A stretch of DNA of 64,000 nt from a virus, in IMG/VR virus record IMGVR_UViG_3300044701_003563; one strand, 5' to 3'. This document shows, one piece after another, positions 56,619 to 64,000 of the stretch. Below the pieces are notes generated by a model that worked only from the letters and a program-made list of their open reading frames with translations, did not search any database and was not told where the DNA came from. Each line of letters opens with the position of its first letter. Position 1 is the stretch's first letter. The translations under genes and the position numbers were made by a program.

Positions 56619-59315
56619 TTATGGTGATACCTTAGAATAATAAACTATTGCTTTCAATCCCTTTCCTCCAGTTCCTATTCCAGTAATATCAAATCTTAAT
56701 TGATCATTTCTATTTAAAACTTGATTTGGGAATGTTGTTGGTGAATTTAAGAGAGTTGGGGTATTAACAAATCCAGTTTCACTTTGGTAGTTTCCTACTG
56801 CGATATTTGCTACTGTTGTCCGACTTGAGTATATACTTGTCCAAGAATTAAAGGAAGCTGGGCTAGCATTTCTATCTGCATATAAAACATCTACACTGGT
56901 AATTCCAACAACTGCAGCAGATGAAAGTGAAATTGTTGGTGGTTCTGTAATTCTACACTTAAATGGAACCCTAAATGTTACTACACTTGTTCCAATTCCA
57001 ATGTTTGTAAATTCATCTCCAAGTGCAACAATCAAAGATGTTTCAGAGTTTCCACCCTGAAGGCCCTGAACTCCTTGATTTCCTTGAACTCCCTGTAATC
57101 CTTGAAGTCCTTGTCTGCCTTGGGTTCCTTGAGCACCTACAAATGACACTACTAAATTAAATTGATCATTAAGAACGGGAGATCCATTAGAACTAATTTT
57201 CGTTACAAAATAACTTCTGAATGCTGCTCCATCAGTAATTCTATTGGTAACAAAGAATGAAGCAAAAGTATTAGAGTCTCCAATTTTTGTAAACGTAAAG
57301 ATAGCTTTTTGTGGATTATTTACAGCCTCAACGGCATCCAGTATCGATACAATTGAATTTCCTTCAAAATCAGTTTCGTCTATTGCAAACTGAGTAAAAG
57401 CTCCAGTCCAGGCAGTGCTAAGTCTAAAATATCCATTTCCAGTAGGATCTGCTATTGTCTGTACAGTATCATATAAGAATTTACCACCCAATTGTTTTGC
57501 TGCCGCAAGACCTTGAATTCCTTGAAGACCTTGAACACCTTGATTTCCTTGTCTTCCTTGAAGTCCTTGAATGCCTTGAACACCTTGAACACCTTGTCTA
57601 CCTTGTGTTCCTTGGAATCCTTGAGCACCTTGAGGACCTTGAAGACCTTGAAGACCTTGTATAGAAATATCTCCAACATTAACCCATGTTGTTCCATTGG
57701 CTTGCAATACCCAGACTTCATTGGTAACACTATCAACAACACCATTTCCTGGTTGAGCACCTGGAAAAGTAGCTGTTAAGTAAGTGGATGGATCTGGAGA
57801 CTGTGAGGAAATATTTGCGGCTGTTCCAATAATAATAATAGAAGTTCCAATTCTTCCTTGAATACCTTGATTTCCCTGAACACCTTGATTCCCCTGAACA
57901 CCTTGAAAACCTTGTGTTCCTTGTATTCCTTGTCTTCCTTGGAATCCCTGATTTCCTATAGTTCCTTGTGTTCCTTGTCTTCCTTGAACACCTTGAGTTC
58001 CTTGGAAGTTTCCAATTTGACCTTGAACTCCTTGAAGACCTTGCCTTCCTTGGAGACCTTGATTAAAACTTTGACCAGAAACGCCTTGATTTCCTTGCAG
58101 TCCTTGCAGTCCTTGAACGCCTTGTTCTCCTTGAAGACCTTGTAAAGATCCAGAAAGACCTTGAAGACCTTGGACACCTTGGAAATTACTTAGTGGACCT
58201 TGAACGCCTTGGGATCCTTGTGTTCCTTGAACACCTTGAGAAGTTCCTGAAAAACCTTGACTGCCTTGAATTCCTTGAACTCCTTGACCACCTTGCCTTC
58301 CCTGAAGACCTTGAACTCCTTGAACTCCTTGAGCACCTTGTCTACCTTGAGTTCCTTGGAAGTTTCCAATTTGTCCCTGAACGCCCTGTGTTCCTTGATT
58401 TCCTTGAGCACTTCCAGGAAATCCTTGGGCACCTTGAAAACCTTGATTACCCTGAATACCTTGCCTTCCCTGAAGACCTTGAACTCCTTGAACACCTTGA
58501 AGACCTTGCCTTCCTTGTGTTCCTTGGAAATTACTTAATGGACCCTGAACACCTTGAAGACCTTGAACACCTTGATCTCCTTTAAATACTGCTTGTCCAG
58601 ATATTCCCTGAAAACCTTGGTTGGACAATCCTTGCAATCCTTGCAATCCTTGTTGACCATTAACACCTTGGGTTCCTTGGAAATTACTTAAAGCTCCTTG
58701 AACACCTTGATCTCCTCTAATACCTTGATTTGCAATTCCTTGAACACCTTGGTATCCCTGAGATCCTATTGTCCCTTGGAATCCTTGAGTTCCTTGTGGT
58801 CCTTGAACTCCTTGATTTCCCTGAAGACCTTGAAGACCTTGAGTACCTTGTCCACTTGCTGTTCCCTGAGTTCCTTGGAAATTGCTAAGTGCTCCTTGCA
58901 GTCCTTGAGTTCCTTGTCTCCCTTGATTTCCCTGAAGACCTTGAGTTCCCTGTCTCCCTTGGGTTCCTTGGAAATTACTCAAGGCACCCTGTAGACCCTG
59001 CATACCTTGGGTGCCTTGATTGCCTTGCATACCTTGAGAACCCTGAGTTCCCTGCAGACCTTGAATGCCGTCAGTATCCAAATCAAATGGATCGATCCAA
59101 TATCTTCTCGGATCTCCAGGTCTAGCTGCTAAAACATAAGTTGATCTTGGAAGTCCCAATCCTGGCGGATTATTACCAGTAGATGCGATACCAACCGAAG
59201 GATCACCAAGATGAGGTTCAACCTGATCTAATCCAATGTAACTATATCTATCACTGGTAATTCCAGTTGCATCTCTTCTGAGAGATCTTCCTGTGTTGTA
59301 TCTATTTCTTGTCAT
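56619..59315 (-). CDS. collagen-like (Gly-X-Gln) fibre protein with interspersed globular domains
   Basis: Three G-X-Q tracts (~57860-59075, ~57505-57660, ~57055-57135) with recurrent G(A/P)LSNFQ / GQIGNFQ kinks. Confidence 0.85.
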   Translation of the reverse strand: MTRNRYNTGRSLRRDATGITSDRYSYIGLDQVEPHLGDPSVGIASTGNNPPGLGLPRSTYVLAARPGDPRRYWIDPFDLDTDGIQGLQGTQGSQGMQGNQGTQGMQGLQGALSNFQGTQGRQGTQGLQGNQGRQGTQGLQGALSNFQGTQGTASGQGTQGLQGLQGNQGVQGPQGTQGFQGTIGSQGYQGVQGIANQGIRGDQGVQGALSNFQGTQGVNGQQGLQGLQGLSNQGFQGISGQAVFKGDQGVQGLQGVQGPLSNFQGTQGRQGLQGVQGVQGLQGRQGIQGNQGFQGAQGFPGSAQGNQGTQGVQGQIGNFQGTQGRQGAQGVQGVQGLQGRQGGQGVQGIQGSQGFSGTSQGVQGTQGSQGVQGPLSNFQGVQGLQGLSGSLQGLQGEQGVQGLQGLQGNQGVSGQSFNQGLQGRQGLQGVQGQIGNFQGTQGVQGRQGTQGTIGNQGFQGRQGIQGTQGFQGVQGNQGVQGNQGIQGRIGTSIIIIGTAANISSQSPDPSTYLTATFPGAQPGNGVVDSVTNEVWVLQANGTTWVNVGDISIQGLQGLQGPQGAQGFQGTQGRQGVQGVQGIQGLQGRQGNQGVQGLQGIQGLAAAKQLGGKFLYDTVQTIADPTGNGYFRLSTAWTGAFTQFAIDETDFEGNSIVSILDAVEAVNNPQKAIFTFTKIGDSNTFASFFVTNRITDGAAFRSYFVTKISSNGSPVLNDQFNLVVSFVGAQGTQGRQGLQGLQGVQGNQGVQGLQGGNSETSLIVALGDEFTNIGIGTSVVTFRVPFKCRITEPPTISLSSAAVVGITSVDVLYADRNASPASFNSWTSIYSSRTTVANIAVGNYQSETGFVNTPTLLNSPTTFPNQVLNRNDQLRFDITGIGTGGKGLKAIVYYSKVSP

Positions 59316-59320
59316 TTATC

Positions 59321-59689
59321 TTACTGTTTTGCAGTTTCTAATACACTTAAAACGGACTCAAGTTTCCAATTTTCCGATGCGGAAATGAAAAGAACATCAC
59401 CAGTTTCCAAAGCAAGTCTTCCATCACCAACAATATTATATCCATCATTTGGAGGAATAATTACTCCATTTGATAATTTAAAGCTGACAACTCCAGTCAC
59501 TGGATCTGGATCCCTTGCATGTAAAGCAGTTATACTTGATATTCCAACAGAATTTCCCGTAGAAACATTGGTAATTTGCCAATTAATAATAATACTAGCA
59601 ACACCAATAGGACAAGTATAAATTCCAACATTATTTGTTGTAACTCTTGTTCTAATTGTTCTAAATTTATTAAGTGCAATTGCTGCCAT
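59321..59689 (-). CDS. small structural/chaperone-like protein, paralogue of 48897..49256
   Basis: Shared motifs, see paralogue. Confidence 0.75.
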   Translation of the reverse strand: MAAIALNKFRTIRTRVTTNNVGIYTCPIGVASIIINWQITNVSTGNSVGISSITALHARDPDPVTGVVSFKLSNGVIIPPNDGYNIVGDGRLALETGDVLFISASENWKLESVLSVLETAKQ

Positions 59690-59691
59690 TT

Positions 59692-62600
59692 TTACTTACC
59701 TAATGCGATGATGAGTGGTGTTACTGTTTGCAATAGACTTTGACTGAATGCCCTTCCACTAATTGTTCCAGTTAACTGATTAATGGTCAAATCAGTTCCA
59801 ATTCTAAAGTTACCTGCTTGATTTGTACTTGTAAATACAACTTGTCCTCCATTCAATTTCACAACTTCATTTTCGGCAATTGTCACACCCCCAAGTGCAG
59901 GTTTTGCTTTATTAATGTCTGTTCCTGCTCCAACCCATTCAAAAGAAATTGTTGTTGCAATTTGCAAACTTAGTCTAGAAAAATATACAGTAGTATCTTC
60001 TTCTATTGTATTATTTAGATTCTGCGTAAGAACAACTGTTGATATTCCAGTAATTCCATTATTCCACGGAATAGTGGCAGACTCTACAAAATAATATATA
60101 GGTTCCATTTCAGCTTGAGCTATTGCTTGTGTTCCCCCAGCAAATGGGGGATCAATAGTTACTATAGGAACATTTCTATACTGACTTCCTTCACTAATAA
60201 CATCAATTGAAGTTATTGCTCCCGTTACAGGATCTACGTTTACACTTCCTTCAGCACGAATTCCTCTTGCATTTTCGGGAGGAAGTTCAATAGAAACATT
60301 TGGGGGAACTAAAGCACTGTATCCACTTCCACCATCAATAACATTTAATCTCTTAACACTCTTGAACAATTCACCAAAATAAAGTGCTTGTCCATCATAT
60401 GGTCTATATGTACCTACCCCAGCAATAATTACTCTATCTTGTTCAACTTCTGCCCTTTCATCAACAAAACCTGTCATGTGATAAATTGATTTTGTATTTG
60501 CATCACCAACACCACTGGAATATAATCCATAATTTCCAAAAGAAGCATTAGAGTTTGTAAGGTCACACTGTCCACCAGATCCAGTGAAAATTGCAATATC
60601 ATCACAGATAGTAAAGATAGAAACTAACTGAGAATAACCGCCATTAGTAATAGAAACGCCTATGCCACCTTGATTATATTGAGTATATGAGTCAACACTC
60701 ATTGTTCCAGTTACGCCAATATCATCTTCATATCCAGGTTCTGCATCAAATCCATCAACTTTCATTCCTATACTGTTACCGACAAAATTAGTGCAATTTC
60801 TGATATAAGGTCCTTGTGTAATTGGCCCAACACCTGGGGAATATGGAGGAATTATATAACCATCTCCAATATAAGTATGAGGTATTGTTGAAATTCCAAC
60901 ATCTAAAGTGAAAGTTGAACTCTTTCTTTGTGTTACATTTCTAACTGTTCCGCCAGAAACATATGTGTGTGGGAAAGGTCCTACCCCAGTATTAATTGTG
61001 AGATCATTTCCATTAACTCCATAAACTTTAAATACATAACCAAATTTTCCAGATGGATAAATTGGTGTTGTTTGAGCACCACTGGCACAAGTAAATTCAA
61101 AATCTCTTATTTCTATTAAATCATCAACAGAAACTGAAAAATTTGGATCAGTTACTGTAATTGTTGTTACTCCTGTTGTATGAGTATATTGACAATTTGT
61201 GGCATTATATAATCTATCGGAAATAATATCTACAACTTTAAAATCATTTCCATAAAACTTTCCGCCGAATTCAGTTTGAATAGATTCTGATGGGAAAGTT
61301 GCTGTAATCGTTGGACCCCCACTGCTGCAAGAATAAGTAAGATCACGAATAGTTACAATATCTTCTCTTGAAACATAAGCTCCTGGGGCGGTAATTGTAA
61401 CAATTCCAGAAGTATGGTCATATGGAGCACTGGTTATGTTAAACGTCCTATCAATTACATAACCATCTCTTTCATAAGTATGAGGTAATGTAGAAACTCC
61501 AACATTTAATGTATAGTCATCCCCATTTACATCATCAATATAAAATCTATATCCATAAAATCCTGAAGGAAATACTGATTCGGAAACTGGACCTCCAGAA
61601 GAACATGAAAATACTAAATCCTTTATTTCTATTCTGTCGCCCTTTCTTGCATTTAATCCAGGTACGGTCACTATAACTTTACCAAATACCTCGTCATAAG
61701 TAGCACCAGATACAAACTTAACATTACTAAATGGGATACCTTCCCCTCTATTTCCTGGGAATGACGTAGTAATTCCTGAAGTTTGTCCATATCCAATTAT
61801 TGTAGTTACAACACCTACCAAATTTCTAATTGTAGAAACTACATTTTTGCAACCAGCAATAGATTCGTTTACTCCTTGGGGGAAAAATTCCTCACAACCC
61901 AGAGAAGGATCTTTTTGAATAGCAGCATCTTTTACTTGAGTAAAAGATTTAGTAAATTGTGATCTTCTTTCAATTGTTCCAGATGAATAGGGCCATTCTG
62001 TAATCGTGCTCCATCCTACAGATCCAGCTTCCGCACTACCATCTCCAGAATGATAATGTGCAATTGTGGATGGACCTACCAAAACTTCAAATGTGTTTGG
62101 ATTTGCAGAGAAAAATGCATTATCTTGTGGAAGTCTAAATACGCAGAAAATATTTCCATAATATTTTCCACCATATTCAGTTTGTGCTTCCTCTGATGGA
62201 AAATATGCAGTTGAAAAACCAGGACCACTTCCGCAACCAAATATTAAATTCTCAAAATAAATTGGATCTCCTGGTCTTATATCAGCATCTTCTACTGTAA
62301 CATCATTCCCATTTTGATCTTGAATGAAAACCGTTGCAAATCCGCATTCATTATCATACAAAACATTACTAACAACAAGTTTTCCATATGTAGAAATTCC
62401 TGCTGCTCTAGAACTTAAATATGAAAAATTGTTATTATTAATAATTGATCTTGCAATTAAAAATGAATGTTCTAAGGTTGCTACTGTTTGCTCGACCTCT
62501 TGTGGATTTTTAAGAATTTGTGGAATTAAATTCCAGTCATCATCATAATAAGCACTTCCTGCGTTTATTGCCTCACTATTTCCACCTCTAGTTAAATCAT

Positions 62601-64000
62601 GTACTATCCTTTTCCATACATCCTTAATATCATCTCTGCAATCTTGTTCTACATCAAGATTAACTCCAAAAGTTGTAGTAATCCCAGAAAGATATGTTAA
62701 TCCATTGGAACTTATGTATTGTTGATATAACGTATTTGTAACAATACCAATATTGGTTTTAACGTCATCTATGGTAAGTGTGCAATTTCCAGGAAGTGGA
62801 TCGTAACTTAAGTCCTGATATACCCCTCTAGATCCATATGCATTGCTATTTGCAAATGTCGTAGTTCCAAATCCAACTGCTGCTGGGGATGTTGCCCAAT
62901 CAATGTTATTAACGACATGAGTTGCTATTCCAGCAGCAAAACTTAAAGCATCTACAGTAGCTTTTAAAATACTATTGTTATTAGTATCATTGCCAGTAAT
63001 GTGAAGAAGAGCACCAGCATCACTGAAATATGTTCTAGCAGCACCTATTGATTTTTTATTACTTCCAGATTTTAAATCATTAACTAAAGATTTTAATATA
63101 TCTTTAACATCATCTTCACAATTTACTGGGGCAGTTGGAACGCCATTGACCGAAATAACGAATGGTTGACCATTACTTCCAAGATATCCAAGGGTTCCTA
63201 CATTTCTAGCAGTTAAAAATCCTACAGTTTCTGCAGCAATATAATCAATATTTGCTTCTATTTTTTTAGCAGCATCTTGTGCAAGATGATCTCCAGCATA
63301 ACCACTATATCCACTATGCAGCCAAGCAACAGATTCATTTGCAAGAAAGTCTAGATTAAATCTAAGCATTCTTGCGGCATCAAAATATCGATCTTCCTTT
63401 GTGCCCAAAAGTTTTTCAAGAGATACCATTGCAGCTCCATCTCTTGCGTTTTTTCCTATAAAACTTAAATCAGTTATATGGCAACCATTGTTGACATAAA
63501 ACATATCCTTTTCAGGAAATTTTGGTGTTATTACAACGTTTCTTAGTTCAGTTCCTTCTACAGCAACAAGTTCATTTAAAACTATTGGATTTTCTTCAAC
63601 ATAAATCCCAGGATATACTTTAATAGTATCTCTTGTTAAAGCAACAGATGCTGCACTTTTAATAGTTGCCTTCGCATCTGCTTCACTCAGCCCACTATTT
63701 GCATCATCACCATTTGTAGTAACAAATACTGTTTTACCTACTGGCGCAAAAGATTGAATTGTTACAATACCTTTTCCAGGTACTTGCGTTTCATCAATAC
63801 TAATTCCAGGTCCTGCAACAATTTGAGTTACAATACCAACAAGTCCTGATCCATCACCAGCATATTTTCCAACAGTAAGAGTATCTCCAACTGTAAGATC
63901 ATTAGAAATTAAGGCGCTATTTGATACTGATAGGTTTCCAATAGTTGCGCCAGTTAAACTTGCAGATCCTGCAGAAAGAGATCCAAATAAACCAGAAGAT
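59692..64000 (-). CDS. large fibre/spike protein, 5'-truncated by the window edge; paralogue of 49261..53301
   Basis: Frame stays open upstream of the Met at 63504 (GKTVFVTTNGDDANSG...AKATIKSA...GIYVEENPI); PYIRNCTNF...DSYTQYNQGGIG; C-terminal FTSTNQAGNF.IG...TP.I.ALG. Confidence 0.8.
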   Translation of the reverse strand, partial: SSGLFGSLSAGSASLTGATIGNLSVSNSALISNDLTVGDTLTVGKYAGDGSGLVGIVTQIVAGPGISIDETQVPGKGIVTIQSFAPVGKTVFVTTNGDDANSGLSEADAKATIKSAASVALTRDTIKVYPGIYVEENPIVLNELVAVEGTELRNVVITPKFPEKDMFYVNNGCHITDLSFIGKNARDGAAMVSLEKLLGTKEDRYFDAARMLRFNLDFLANESVAWLHSGYSGYAGDHLAQDAAKKIEANIDYIAAETVGFLTARNVGTLGYLGSNGQPFVISVNGVPTAPVNCEDDVKDILKSLVNDLKSGSNKKSIGAARTYFSDAGALLHITGNDTNNNSILKATVDALSFAAGIATHVVNNIDWATSPAAVGFGTTTFANSNAYGSRGVYQDLSYDPLPGNCTLTIDDVKTNIGIVTNTLYQQYISSNGLTYLSGITTTFGVNLDVEQDCRDDIKDVWKRIVHDLTRGGNSEAINAGSAYYDDDWNLIPQILKNPQEVEQTVATLEHSFLIARSIINNNNFSYLSSRAAGISTYGKLVVSNVLYDNECGFATVFIQDQNGNDVTVEDADIRPGDPIYFENLIFGCGSGPGFSTAYFPSEEAQTEYGGKYYGNIFCVFRLPQDNAFFSANPNTFEVLVGPSTIAHYHSGDGSAEAGSVGWSTITEWPYSSGTIERRSQFTKSFTQVKDAAIQKDPSLGCEEFFPQGVNESIAGCKNVVSTIRNLVGVVTTIIGYGQTSGITTSFPGNRGEGIPFSNVKFVSGATYDEVFGKVIVTVPGLNARKGDRIEIKDLVFSCSSGGPVSESVFPSGFYGYRFYIDDVNGDDYTLNVGVSTLPHTYERDGYVIDRTFNITSAPYDHTSGIVTITAPGAYVSREDIVTIRDLTYSCSSGGPTITATFPSESIQTEFGGKFYGNDFKVVDIISDRLYNATNCQYTHTTGVTTITVTDPNFSVSVDDLIEIRDFEFTCASGAQTTPIYPSGKFGYVFKVYGVNGNDLTINTGVGPFPHTYVSGGTVRNVTQRKSSTFTLDVGISTIPHTYIGDGYIIPPYSPGVGPITQGPYIRNCTNFVGNSIGMKVDGFDAEPGYEDDIGVTGTMSVDSYTQYNQGGIGVSITNGGYSQLVSIFTICDDIAIFTGSGGQCDLTNSNASFGNYGLYSSGVGDANTKSIYHMTGFVDERAEVEQDRVIIAGVGTYRPYDGQALYFGELFKSVKRLNVIDGGSGYSALVPPNVSIELPPENARGIRAEGSVNVDPVTGAITSIDVISEGSQYRNVPIVTIDPPFAGGTQAIAQAEMEPIYYFVESATIPWNNGITGISTVVLTQNLNNTIEEDTTVYFSRLSLQIATTISFEWVGAGTDINKAKPALGGVTIAENEVVKLNGGQVVFTSTNQAGNFRIGTDLTINQLTGTISGRAFSQSLLQTVTPLIIALGK

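Noticed and set aside
1-64000. tRNA/rRNA genes and stop-codon reassignment
   Set aside because: I recognised no cloverleaf or T-loop signature in the short intergenic gaps (tRNAscan-SE not run). Genes tile densely under the standard code.

Overview
This is a 64 kb segment of a large T4-like (myovirus-type) phage, most likely a cyanophage. That call rests on petF ferredoxin, peptide deformylase, a CobS/MoxR AAA+ plus vWA pair, a T4 Rnl1-type RNA ligase, sigma70-type early promoters and (T/C)ATAAATA late promoters. Essentially all real genes are on the - strand. Positions ~1-32.5 kb are an early/accessory region of many small, translationally coupled ORFs. It includes an RNA-repair cluster (Rnl1, HNH, PNK, metallophosphoesterase and a catalytically degenerate DRB0094-type ligase), an SF2 helicase, and a late operon of basic proteins with T4 capsid-targeting-like N-termini followed by two nuclease-fold-like proteins. 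Positions ~32.5-39.2 kb are an AT-rich glycan synthesis/modification cluster. Positions ~39.3-64 kb are a virion fibre/appendage region with a duplicated three-gene module (large beta-helix-like protein, small protein, Gly-X-Gln collagen-like protein); one copy has about 370 consecutive proline-free Gly-X-Gln triplets. Non-coding signals include a ~22-bp dyad element at fixed spacing upstream of nine early promoters and a repeated gene-junction sequence in the 1-1.7 kb micro-ORF array. I recognised no tRNA, rRNA, CRISPR array, integrase, transposase or reverse transcriptase. All functional calls come from motif recognition by eye; no searches were run.
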